Shown here: piece by piece, positions 1-11,529 of the stretch
Layout of the letters: every line of letters begins with the position of its first letter
Numbering within the stretch: position 1 is the first letter of the stretch
Assembly (NCBI GenBank): GCA_028534125.1
Contig: CM052817.1
Location: forward strand, 10,046,001-10,110,000
Reading direction: 5' to 3'
From: Lama glama
Lineage: Eukaryota
Length of the DNA stretch: 64,000 nucleotides
Notes under the pieces: generated by a model
Database searches by the model: none
The model's input: only the letters and a program-made list of their open reading frames with translations
What the model was told of the DNA's origin: nothing
Position numbers and translations under genes: made by a program

Positions 1-210
1 TCACACTCCCGACAACCTATTTAACCTGGTTTTCTTAATTTCTGTCTCAATACTTTCTGCTCCTGTGCAATTCAATCGTTTTTAATCTCACACTTTAAAA
101 TACTGAATATATTCTACACGGATGGTGTTGTCATAAACAAACAATATTGTATGTGTGCACCTGAGTGTGTCTGGGGACCAACCCTATCTTTTCCCGCAAC
201 CGGCACTTAC

Positions 211-430
211 CTTCAGGGAAAGCATGGGGCTGCACAGTGTGGAGAAAGATGCGCACCATTTGAAAGAGGATGCCAATGGGTCCAGCTTCATAAGAATCTT
301 CGGTCTCATAGTTTGTTGGAGGAAATTCAAATTCCAAACCATCAAAACTGTTGGTGGATGGCGGCGACCCGTCTGAAACGGTGTCCCCACACAGCCCCAG
401 CAGCAGGAAGAAGCCAAGGACTGGGGCCAT
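211..430 (-). CDS. PROM1: Prominin-1 (CD133), first coding exon: signal peptide and start of the extracellular N-terminus; gene continues beyond the left edge
   Basis: Translation MAPVLGFFLLLGLCGDTVSDG...PPTNYETEDSYEAGPIGILFQMVRIFLHTVQPHAFPE matches the prominin-1 N-terminus. ATG at 430-428 in strong context (GCTATGG). Canonical donor GAAG|GTAAGT at 211/210; 220 coding nt (phase 1). TAPT1 as neighbour fits known synteny. Confidence 0.97.
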
Positions 431-652
431 AGCTAGCAAGATGCCCCAAACATGAGGTAGGACCGGGGGCCTTCTGCCTCAGAGGTTCTGGAAGCCTGGA
501 GGAAGACAGGAGCCTGTGATGCTGTGCAGAAGAGGCGTGGTGAGGACTGTGTGCTGAGCCCTCGGTTTTCCGGCCGGGCTGGCATGCGGTGATGGGCGGC
601 AGAGAACGTTCTCCGGGAAGTGGAGGGTGGTCAGCCGCTCAAGGCACCATCC
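431..652 (-). other. PROM1: 5'UTR part of the PROM1 first coding exon
   Basis: Polypyrimidine tract and acceptor CCCTTCTCTCCCTGCCAG|GGATGG on the minus strand (AG at 654-653). PROM1 is known to splice non-coding first exons onto this exon. Confidence 0.75.
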
Positions 653-884
653 CTGGCAGGGAGAGAAGGGGCAGCGGTCACTATTGCACACAGCCTGCCT
701 GCACCCGCAGCTTCCCTGGAGGAGAGGCTGCAAAGCTTTAGAGCAAGCCCTCAGCCTAATCCGCTGTCGGGGATGCAAACACTGAGCCTGCTTCAGAGCG
801 CAAGGGCAGGAAAGCGAGAAGGTTCCAGGGACCAGACCCAGAAACACCAGGTAGTGAAGTGCATGTGCAGTCTTAGAAGCTGCC

Positions 885-1075
885 ATTTATTAAGCACTTA
901 CTACATGCCAGACATGTTCTACATGCTTTGCGGGCAGGCCCTCGGTTAAGGCGTTATCCCGCTTTACAGATGACCCAGATAGCATGTCAGCGACTTGCCT
1001 GGGGCCACGGCTGATTCATGGTGGGACAGAATTCAAACCCAGTCATTTGCTTTAACTACGAAGTCTAACCACAGC
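885..1075 (-). mobile_element. MIR SINE fragment
   Basis: MIR-like motifs (tttattaagcacttacta..gccag; tttacagatga; gacttgcc..g.cac; gaattcaaacccag). Confidence 0.7.
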
Positions 1076-2357
1076 TCCAAGACACTGTCCCTGCAGAGCC
1101 CTCCCTCGCAGTCAGAGAAGCGAAGACCGCCAGCAATAGACGAGATGATGCTTGTTTATTTCCTCCAGTTTGGGGCTGTTCTCCCGTCTCTGGAGATACG
1201 CCTTTTATTCTGCTATGTGCTCACTGATCTCATCTCAAACATCCCTGTTTCCACTCACCCTCAACCCAAACTAGACGAGCGTGGCCTGCCCGGCAGGGAC
1301 CACACCCTTCAAGGCCGGGTGACACTGGACTCTGTCTTCCTAACACGCTCACCAGGTAGCCCTGATGGAGATCCCTGCCCCAAGTCACCAGATGGACAAC
1401 TAGGGGTCCAGGCGATGAGAGGCAGAGCAGAGGGAGGCTCCCGCCCACCTCCAGGGAAAGGGAGAAGGATCAGGAATCTAGAAGTGCCACCAGCCCAGTG
1501 TCCAGTGAGAGCAACGTTGACCCTGTCCTCCTCCAATTTCTATCCCCAGAACTGAACACAGGCTGAATCGAAACAGAACCTCCCAGAGCAGCCGGGATGC
1601 TCTGCTTGTCCTTACTTCTTTGGGGACAGAAAACACCCTGATTTTATTTTTCATCTTAGATACACACTCAATAACTTTCAGAATAAGGACAGGGTGCTCC
1701 TGAAACACATACTGTGAGATGGGGGAGAGGGACCACCAAGAAAGTGACACACTGTATGAGGGCCCACCACCTATATCACAGAAATAGATGGTGTCAAAGA
1801 AAGCTCCGGACAAGAGGTAGTACTGCACGAGCTGTTTGACTGAAGATGCTCATTCATATCGGGTACCCTTGGATATGGACTCATCCTCTAAGCCCCATCC
1901 CACTCCAACTGATTCTGCTCTGACCTGCCAGCGGAATGACCCTGGATCCTCCCTTTATGAAATCATGGGCTGCCCAGATCTTCTATGGAGCCCAGTGCCA
2001 ACCTCATCAAACCCCAAGCTTCCAGCTCCATCTCCCCTACAGACCCACCGGGACCCTGGGCACTGTTTCCAAAGGGCAGTCCCTGCCAGGCATGGCCGCT
2101 GTCCCTGTCCTTGGGCTCTGAAGTGCTTAACTTTTCCCGGGTTCTACTAGGAATCAGCGCTCTGCTCAGTCTTCAGATCGTTTCCGGAGAGAGCACATGA
2201 GAAGTAAACAAAGCATGCCAGCTATTTCGCAAGGCCCCTCTCTGGAAGTCTGCGAGACCAGCACGGGGTAGGAGGAAGATGGGAAGGTGGGGGGAGGGGT
2301 GTGGTTATTCAGGTAGGATAGGACCACGCTCCTTTATGCAGGCAGGTGGGCGTGCGC

Positions 2358-2462
2358 GCACACACCACACACATACATGCCACATACTAACACCCACATG
2401 CACACACACACACTCACAAGCATCACACATAATACACACACCATACAAATACACACACCACG
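2358..2462. repeat. Degenerate (CA)n microsatellite
   Basis: Interrupted CA/TA runs visible directly. Confidence 0.85.
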
Positions 2463-3669
2463 CTCACATCTTATCTTGTTGTCTGTTAAAGGACAGGCAG
2501 GAGCCGGTGGAAGGATTAAGGGCTCAGCTGCTAAGAAAGGCTGACTTCCTGGTAATGCCACCAAGCCTCAGCCAGGGACACAGAGAAACAGCGGGAGAGA
2601 GACGGCGGAAGGCCCACGGGAGAGCTGTAACTAAAGAGACCTTCCGACTCCCTCAGAGAAGAAGCAGGGGAAAGGAAATCCCAAATGAAATGGGAAGACA
2701 GGGTGTCAGTGGAGTTGGCACCTGAGCGGCATGTGCAGGTTTCTTTACATCTTGCTCTGGAACTCTTGAAGTTTAAGAGCATAATAAAATCTCTCTACTT
2801 ATGAAACACTAGACAATCGATACACACCAAGTCGGAAAGGAAGTTTTACATCTCAGTTTTAATCAGCTGTGCCAAAAAAAGAAGTTCGGCTAACTTCCCT
2901 ATGAAACCACCCCAGGGAGCCAGCGCCACTGAGAGCAGCTCAGGGAGCTGCCGGCAGAAAATCCAGGAAAGCTCTCCCGACTGCTCAGCTGCATCAGCAT
3001 CAAACGGGGTGTTTATTTCAAGTGCAGATGATCGATCGGAACTAATCGCTCAAGATATAGCCCATTAATCTGCATTTTTAACCCACTGCCCCTGTGAGTA
3101 ATTAGTAAAACAAGTAAGATTTGAGAACCAGCACTGTTCCTTCGGACCCCCTGGCTAATCCGTGCTATTTTCCAAACACCTCAATCTTCCCAAACACAAC
3201 TGCAGAACAACAGGCACAAGACAAAAGCTCCCAAGTCCCCTTCTTACATTGAACTGACTGGGCCCAACGTCTGCGTGGGGGGTCCCTGACTTACTCATCC
3301 TCTCCGCACCCCCGGAGCCCAGCACACGGTAGGCACTCAGTAAGGACTGCTGAAATCAAATGGCGGCAGGTAGAGAGAAGACTGCCAAAGTGGTCATGTT
3401 TACCTGTTTCAGAACTGACCGAGCATCTGTTGATAAGCAGCCTCCAGCCTCTGGAAGGGAGGGGCTGGACTGCTTACAGCTGTTTCCTCCAACACAAGCA
3501 GCAGACTGTCGCCTCGCTAGAGTCACCCACGGCGGAACAACCGGCCTACCATTCTGGGTGCCATACTTTCAGCTGGGACCCTCGACTTCACAGGCTTTGG
3601 AACCGGCTCCCTCAGGGCCTCTCTCCTCACACAGGCACCAGACTATAATCAATAAGGGCGAGTCACCAT

Positions 3670-3820
3670 TTTCTGGTTTGCGGGGTGCAGATTCCTGGTT
3701 TCTACTCCAAACGCGCTGAGTTCAGATTGGGAGAGGGACCCAAGAACATGAATTTTAAGCAAATTCCTCACACGATTCTGAGCCTGGAGCCCAGGGATGG
3801 GCATGTCCACAAACACTGGT
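3670..3820. mobile_element. MER5-type hAT DNA transposon remnant (another at about 2990-3135)
   Basis: tgcagattcctgg...gaattttaagcaa.ttcc...gattctga motifs typical of MER5. Confidence 0.55.
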
Positions 3821-4059
3821 TTAAAAACAAATACAATGACCATCCAGCTTCATTTCTGCTCTCCTTTTTATGACGGAAATTTTGAAGGACTTTTTTAAAG
3901 GATCTGTAGATATTTGTTATCTTGGGTTTACTGAGGGGGTGGGGCGCGATGGGAGCTGCCCAACTTCTGAGCCAACCTTTGTGAGTCCTGTGGGTGGCCG
4001 TCCTGCCTCTCATTGTGAGGCCAGCTGAGGTGCCCAAACTGAGCCCAAGCTTGGACAAT

Positions 4060-4352
4060 CAGACGCTCACTCCTGGGCTTGTGCAGGAGAGAGACACTGA
4101 GGCAGAGGTGGTGTCTACCTCATCCAAACAATGATGGCGGCCTGCCAGCAGCCACAGCCAGTCTCTGGGGGCAGCCATGGCCATACACCAATCAGGGGAC
4201 CTGCTGCATGTCCTGTGTCCCACTCCTCCAGGCTCCTCAGCCTGGCTAGCCAGCCCTCCTGTCATTTCTCTAAGCCATCCAGTATCCACTCCCTTTTTCT
4301 GCTTAAGTTATCCAGAGTTGGTTTCTGTCGCCTGTAACAAAGCAACCTGACC
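4060..4352 (+). mobile_element. MaLR (MLT1-type) LTR remnant
   Basis: 3' end tttttctgcttaagtta...gagttggtttctgtcgcctgtaacaaagcaacctgac is typical of MLT1 ends. Confidence 0.6.
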
Positions 4353-6371
4353 TTTAACAAACCTCAAAGCAAGTTCTCGGCCCCTGCAAAACCCATTTTT
4401 TCATATTTTAAACAGTACCAACAAAACAATATTTGATTTAAAGTTTTATTATTTCTCACTTGTCCTCTGATGAACTTTGCTTCACTGACTTGCCATTTAG
4501 GGGGAAAACAAAGTAAAACTGGGTCCTTATCTAGACACACAGAAATAGCCCAGCATGCAACTCTTAAGGAAGGTCATTTAAAAAAAGATTAGGGGACCCA
4601 TTAAGAAAACAAAACTAAACTGCAGGGCGCTGCTGCAGGGACAAGAGCCCTCGCTTTTGAGACGGGGACATCTCCAGTCCCACTGATGAGCTCTGTGACA
4701 GTAGTCGCTTAACAATCTCCAAGCTGTCCTCTGCTCATCTGTAAAATGGGGTTTGGAATTGTGTGCGAGGGCTGCAGCTGGAACAGGTACAGGCCCTGCC
4801 ACACAAACGCCTGGCAGGTGTGGTGGAGGGTGTGTACGGCCACTGCACAGAGAAATAGTCTAAACTCCACTGTGGCTCCCAGGATCACCCTGGCAGGCAG
4901 GGCAGCTCCGAAGGTACTAAAGGCGGAAACTCACAAATGAGTGAGGAAAGAGGTAGAAACTTCACACACTAAGTTGCCTTGATAGTCAAGTCTTCGACCC
5001 ACAGAAAGCGGCAATTTCATGTAGTTCAACCAGCCATCACCAGCAGCTGTCTGAGTCTCCAGTGGGTTTATGTTGGGGTTGGGGGAAGGGGTGTTCAAGG
5101 CCCTTAATCATACACCTGCTGATCTTAACAAAGGTCAGCCGCCGCCCACCGGAACCCGGGAAAACCTTTCTCAAGCCGGGGCAGGAGAAAGGTCAGCAGC
5201 CTCCGTGGGCTACAGGCGCAACCTGTTGCTGCAGAAAGCTAGCGGCAATGGCTTCCTCAGTCTTTCCCTCCAATCCAAGACAGGCCGGGGCCCCTCCGGG
5301 GCTCGCTCCCTCCCGGGTAGGAGCCTCTCTCGGGCTGCGGGACAAAGGATAAGCCGCAGGGCGGGCGCGGGAAGCGAGGAGACTCGAGGAATCCGCCGCC
5401 GCCTGGGGGAGGGGGTTGCCGGAGTAACTTGGCTGCGCCCGGCGCGCCAGCGCGGTTTCCCGGCTGCACGCAGGTTGGTATGGATCGGGGGTCGCCAGTG
5501 GAGGGGTGGTGAGGGTCCTGAGCGGTGTGCCTCAAGCCCCCGTGGATCGGATCCCCAGCCCCCGCGCGGACTTTCGGGAAAACTGACTCCAGGCTGCCGA
5601 CTCTCCCGCACCGCGAAGCTCTCCCTCCGTCCACGTTTCCCTTTGTTGTCCTGGCTCGCGCCGTACAGGCGGGGTGCGCCGCGATCTCTCAGTTCCCCCT
5701 CCAGCAATCGCCGAACGTCCTCGCGCTGTGCACCCAAAGTGGGCAGAGGGATGCTTCAAGTCAGGGGAGCGAGTGCTCCCTCATGGGCGCGGCGATAAGG
5801 CCTCCCACTGCACCCCCCCCCGTAGCCCCCGTCCTGTGATGGTCAGTTGCCCAGCGTACTCGACTTAGAAAATCAGAGGAAGGTGACCCCTTCCCATACC
5901 CAGCCCGGGAGGGTCAGTGCCCCGCAACCCCGGGTCACTCTCCAGCAGAACAGTTCCCAAGTCCCGGGCGAGCCTCCTCTCGTCCTTCGCCCTCTCAGAG
6001 ACCCAGCTGGCAACCTCCGGGTCTGGGTCGCGCCCGCTCTCCCACCGCCAGCTCGCGCCCCGGAACCTGGCGAGCCACTGCCGCCGGCTCCCCCGCAGCG
6101 CATGGAAAGAACGCCCACCACGCAGCCCGCAAAGTTTGCGCGCGTCTGCCCCCCGCCCGGAATCCCCGCTGGCTCCCCCGCCGCTCTTGGAGCTCGCACC
6201 ACCTGCCACGGGGCCGGGGAGGGGGCGCCGAGGGCTGGGCGGAGACGGGCGCAGAGCGAGCCCTGCCATTCCCCATTCCCCGCCCCAGCTTTCTGGAAAG
6301 GGGAGCGCTCAGCCCCGCGGTCGAGTCCGCAGACACCTCCCGAGCCCCGGGATGAAGATGCAGCTACTCAC

Positions 6372-6440
6372 CGCGCGCCGGGTCCAGCTCCCTCTTCTGC
6401 CCTCGCCGCCGCCGCCGCCCCCTTTGCTCACAGCCCCCTC
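6372..6440 (-). other. PROM1: Candidate non-coding first exon A of PROM1 (5' end approximate)
   Basis: Donor GCG|GTGAGT at 6372/6371; TATA-like CATAAAT on the minus strand at 6469-6463. Confidence 0.55.
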
Positions 6441-6692
6441 GCCCGGCCCCGGCTCATGAATGATTTATGAGTCGGCCTCGGGGACCACCGGGACGGCTTC
6501 CGGAGAGGCCGCCTGGCTGCCCCGCGCGCCAGCCAGACCCCCGGACGGGGCGGGCCCGGAAAGGCGCATGTCCTGGAGGCCCGCCGGCCAGGCGCAGGGT
6601 GCCGGCGGCGACCTGTTGCGGCCTCCCCCGCTCCCGGACGGGGACTGGCGGTTGCGGCCGGCGGAATGCACCGCTTCCGTAAACGTACTCAC

Positions 6693-6800
6693 CCGCGGCG
6701 GGAGAGCCGAGCGCGCGGCCAGGTGCCCGGTGGGGACTGGCTGGGGACTTCGAAGAGCGCTAAGCCCGGGGTTCTGCCCGCGCTCCCGGTTGGACCAGCT
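6693..6800 (-). other. PROM1: Candidate non-coding first exon B of PROM1 (5' end unknown)
   Basis: Strong donor CGG|GTGAGT at 6693/6692 inside the CpG island. Confidence 0.5.
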
Positions 6801-7912
6801 GAGCAGCTTCGCGCGATGCCCTAGGGTACCCACAGGGACCTCGCTGCATCCATTTCCTGCCGCCGAGAGTCCCCTCACCCGAGCACGTTCTTCTCCCAAC
6901 ACCCACGCCTCCTTTACGCAAGCAGAGGGCTACTCGGAACGCCGCTGCTCTTCCGCAAACTTCTCTCTCTCTTTCCAACTCAGACCTGCCTCGGTGACAA
7001 CCCCTGACGCTTTAGATGCTTCTATTACCAAATTTCAAGACTTTTTTTTTTAATGCACCCAAATAAAAGAAAACTCAAATCATTTGGTTCCTTGACGTGT
7101 ACTAACCGCAATGCCAGTGGCTGGAGCTATAAAACCGGCAAAAAGCAGTCCTTAACCCCTTATGTGCACACAGGCATCCGCTATAGCTGCAAACATTGAG
7201 CGTTAGTGACTCTTGCATATCGGTCTCTCACCTATGAGTTGCCTGCCATTTCCGCAGGCTAAGTGATGGAAACCTTCTGCCAGAAGCAACCACTCTAACT
7301 ACACTCACTGACGTTCATCTCACTCTTCCCTCCCTACTTCCTATCTTGAGCGGAGAGTATAGTCTGATAGGAACAAAGACGACCTACAGAAGACAAGCAC
7401 CTTCAGGACGGTGTCTAGCACACAGTAGGTGTTCAAGGCTTGTGGTATGGATAAATGGGAAGGATGAATAGACCAACGATTGAAAGATGGACAGTAACGT
7501 TAATTCAGTAGCTCTTTCACTTACCCCAGAACCTAGCACAAAACAGGTGTTGGAAAGAGCGTTATTTGTCTGATTTATAGTTAAAAGTTTAAATTGATCT
7601 TGAATGCGCGTATTTCCAGGGCAAATGCTAGATCTGGAAACTTATGAAAACTGCAGTACAGACATAGGCAGGTTAGGCGAGATGTCTAATGAGGCCTGAT
7701 GTTTCCTCCTCTGAAAGCCCCTGTTGGTCGGGGCCCCTGATGGAACACCAACAGAGGCCCCAGCACTTCTGCTCAAAGGCCACCCTCTCTAGGTGGGGCC
7801 CAGAGGTGAGTTCTTCCCTCCTAAGAGCAGCCAGCTGTGCCCTGCCCCAAATTTTAGCCCTGTCTTTTTTCATCAGTGCTTAACCTAGCTAAACCTCAGT
7901 TTCCTTGTCTGC

Positions 7913-7915
7913 AAA

Positions 7916-7948
<33 letters not shown>

Positions 7949-7953
7949 GAAAG
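7913..7953 (+). repeat. Poly(A)/(GAAAA)n simple repeat
   Basis: Seen directly. Confidence 0.9.
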
Positions 7954-8034
7954 ATAATTAAGCCTCACAGGGCTCATTCTTATCCCTAATAATAAAAAAC
8001 AGTAATAATAATTATAACTGTAGTAGTGGTGAGA

Positions 8035-8250
8035 GCTAAAACTTAATGAATTTTCACTTCAAATGCGATACTATGCCAAGCGTTTTATGTGCATTATTTC
8101 ATGTAATCTTAGCAATAAGAAGAGCATATCCCCATCTTAAAAATAAGGCTAAAAGAGTTTCAATAATCTGCCCAAGGTCACAAACCTAGTAAGAGAAGTA
8201 CTGAATTTGAACTCAGATCTGGTCTCCAGAGCCCATGATCGTTCTAACAC
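8035..8250 (-). mobile_element. MIR SINE
   Basis: cattatttcatgtaatct...atccccatctta...ctgcccaaggtcaca..ctagtaag...gaatttgaactcagatct. Confidence 0.7.
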
Positions 8251-8544
8251 ACCAGTGCACAGAAAGATAATATAAAACCCTGACAGATGATGTAGTGTGG
8301 ATTGAAAAGGTCAGCCATCTGTCTTCCCGCAACTGCTTTTATCTCAGATCCCCCAACCCCACTCTAATTGGATCATCCTAGGTGTTTAATAATTGAATGA
8401 ATAAATAGTAAACATAGAACACAATATTAAGATCTGTTCTGAACAGCCTAAGGCAGACAGTGACAGGACCTAATGATTTGTTCTGTTCAATTTAACCTGG
8501 AGTTCTGATGCTATAGTTCTGTTATTTGGCACAACTGAATTTCT

Positions 8545-9369
8545 TTTCTTTTTCTTTTTCATTGAAGTATAGTTGATTTACAATATTGCATTAGGTTCAG
8601 GTGTACAGCATAGTGATTCGAGTTTTGGATTCTTTTTGCAGATTATATTCCATTATAGGTTGTTACAAGATATTGACTATAATTCCCTGTGTTATACAGT
8701 AAATCCTTGTTGCTTATCTATTTTAAGTATAGCAGTTTGTACCTGCTAATCCTATATTCCTAATTTGTCCCTCCCCACCCCCACCCATCCCTACCCCTCC
8801 CACCCCCACCACCTTCGGTAACCTGTATGTCTGTGCATCTGTTTTGTACGTAGATTCATTTGAATTATTTTTTAGATACCATATACAAGTGCTATCATAT
8901 AGTATTTGTCTTTGTCTGACTTATTTCACTGAGCATAATACACTCTAGATTCATCTGCGTTGCTGCAAGTGGCAGTATTTCATTCTTTTTTATGGTTAAT
9001 AGTCCCTTATATATCACATCTTCTTAAGCCAATCGTTTGTTGATGGGCACTTGGGTTGTTTCCATGTCTTGGCTATTGTAAATAGTGCTGCTATGAACAT
9101 TAGTGGGCATGTATCTCTTCAAATTAGAGTTTTCATTTTGGCCAGATATGTATCCAGGAGTAGATGGATACCCAGGATATGGTAGCTCTGTCTTTAGTTC
9201 TCTTAAGGAGCCTCCATGCTATTTTCCATAGTGGCTGCACCAGTTTTTATTCCCACCAACAGTGTAGGAGGGTTCCCTTTTCTCCACACCCTCTTGAGCA
9301 TTTATTATTTGTAGACTTTTTGATGATGGCCATTCTGAAGTGATACATCATTGTGGCTTTGACTTAGTG
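8545..9369 (-). mobile_element. 5'-truncated L1 (artiodactyl-type 3' end)
   Basis: T-rich tail, ttgaagtatagttgatttacaata..., ttcccaccaacagtgtaggagggttcccttttctccaca. TSD caact(g/a)aatttct at 8532-8544 and 9370-9382. Confidence 0.9.
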
Positions 9370-9634
9370 CAACTAAATTTCTATGTCATCTGTCATATGC
9401 AAGACCAGAGAGGGTGATGTTATTCCCATATACATACTCAGTCATTAGGTGCAAAAATTAGGTCTCCTTTTCTAAAAATCACTCCTCACTTTTCCTGCCC
9501 AAGTGAAATCTAAGCATGAGGCAGTGTGGCATCCTGGAAACAGCCAGAAGATTCCTTCAGGTTCAGTCATAAGCTGCCAGTGGTTCCCTGGTCAGTCATG
9601 TAACCCCCCAGACTTCACATTCTCTTTGGTCAAG

Positions 9635-9735
9635 AGCCCTGCTCAATGACCACAGTGGGCTAGAGGCTACCATTTTGGACAGTGCAGATACAGGACATTT
9701 CCATCAGCACAGACAGGTGTACTGGATAGTGCTGG
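9635..9735. mobile_element. MER3/MER58-type hAT remnant
   Basis: ggctacc.ttttggacagtgcagata..g.acatttccatca.cacag...actggatagtgctg. Confidence 0.65.
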
Positions 9736-11199
9736 GTTAAATAGTGAGCTATAATAAAGGAAAAATTACAACAGGGCTGGAATAAGAAACTTAAAGTTTC
9801 AACAAAAGTTATCAGGGTTATGTGACATTAGAAGTTAAGTGTTAAAAAAGAATGAAGTGTTGATTGAAATTAATTATTGTCGGAGTACACAATGTTTGGT
9901 CATTCAACAATCCTCAATCTTTGACAAGATGTTCTTTATGAAGAACTTTGGTTATTTTTCTGAGTCACTAAGGCTAAAACAAAATAAGTTAGTGAATACA
10001 TTATTCTGGTTAACCTGACAATTTCTATGAATAACTATGTTCAAAAAAAATTATGTGTTTCTATGGCCAACAAACATGCAGCATGTGACCCTTTAGAAAA
10101 ACAGGTTTGTGTCATCTCAACATCCACTGCCTTGTCTTCTTAAGACTGAAACTTGCATAAGAGACAGCCAGGGAGACAGGGAAACAGAAAGAGAGACAGA
10201 GATAGACAGAGACAAAGAGACAGAGAAAGAAAAATTGTTCTAAATAGAAATTCCACTAGCTTTGAAGGGAATGGCTTCAGTCAAGCCAGGGTTCTCCTCT
10301 AAATGATTTACCTCTTGATTTCCTGTTAACCTAGCTTTTTCCCTCTTGCTCTGGACTTAGGTACCGAAAATAGCATTGCTGGTGTTTGATAACCAAAAGC
10401 CAAGAATACGGTCTTCTTGTACTTTGAGAACCTTCAGCTATGAGTTGCAACTCCTCCATCAAACCCACTGCATACTAATTCAAAGGCAGAGGAAGAAAAC
10501 ATCAGTACAGTTTGGACCAAGGGGAGGAGAGAGACAGAAAGCGCAGGCCAAGGACAGTGCCTCAGAGTTTCAATTCCAAATAAGAAACGTGGGGATAAGT
10601 TGGAAAACTCAGTCAAGTTTAATAGGGCAGGTGTGCGGTAGTTTTATATTTTATGTGCTGAGTCTGTCTTTTGGTAACTGTTTTGAATAAATGCCTCATC
10701 TCTGGGGCTGGCTTCCATCTGTGCCTTTCCCTCTGACATCATTTTTAACATGCACTGACTCAAGTGGGGCTTCATAACTTGCCTTCAGGGACTGTATGGA
10801 AAAAATGAGAGCCATAGAAGGTAAGAGAATTATAAAGTGCTAGCACACTCGCTCCCATTTTCTTAAGGAAGGCAAGGTTCTTTCCAGCTGGATGATATTG
10901 AGAGCTTGCAGAAGGAGACAGGCAAGAAAATTCCACAATTCTGATTCTATAGTTTTCAGTTTTTATCATATCCCATAAAAGATTCACCAGGAACTTTTAA
11001 TTTACACAACACAAAACTTGCATCTATGCACACAGTGTTTTACCCCTCTGGGAATAATTACTATTATTACCTTTCTCTAAAGAACTATTAATTTGCATTT
11101 ATCTTCATCATCATCTAAAAGCACTTTAAGCATGAGTTAATCATTCGTTCATTCATTCATAAAAATTACTCAGCACTGACTGAAACCCAGCAGAATCCT

Positions 11200-11529
11200 G
11201 CAGGGCCCTCCCAGCTAGCCAAAGATATATGGCTCAGATAATGTTCCAGCTGCAAGCAAGACCTGATGGCTACTTGGAAGCACATAATCAAGACAGCCAT
11301 CTCTGAAAATTGAAGATTATCCCCTCCCCAGCACATAGCCCTTCCTCTTTTCCTCATAGGATCTCCGAGCAAAACCTGGAGAGTTGGGAGTTGGTTCTTT
11401 GGGACGTGAGTTCACCTTCTTCCCAGGATTGCCAGCTTCCTTAACGAAACTATCTTTCCTTTTACCCAACACTTGTTTCTTAGTATTGAATTCTTGAGCA
11501 ATAAGCAGTCGAACCTGAGTTCAGTAACA
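11200..11529 (+). mobile_element. ERV1-class LTR (partial, MER41/MER34-like)
   Basis: gggagttggttctttgggac..gagttcaccttcttcccagg...gaacctgagttcagtaaca terminus; resembles the 3' end of the LTR at 37171-37689. Confidence 0.65.

Larger units (their letters stand above)
5130..6960. promoter_or_regulatory. CpG island, PROM1 proximal promoter region
   Basis: Very GC- and CpG-dense ~1.8 kb with GC boxes, a (GCC)n tract and ETS-like CGGAA cores, 4.5-6.3 kb upstream of the first coding exon. Human PROM1 alternative promoters are known to lie in a CpG island upstream of this exon. Confidence 0.9.

Noticed and set aside
131..439. ORF-track 102-aa protein as a complete gene
   Set aside because: It starts at a TTG upstream of the true ATG (430) and reads through the donor at 211/210 into intron; only 430..211 is coding.
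5062..7053. Many long overlapping ORFs (up to 242 aa)
   Set aside because: Pro/Arg/Gly/Ala-rich in all frames, as expected from stop-codon scarcity in a CpG island; no recognisable protein.
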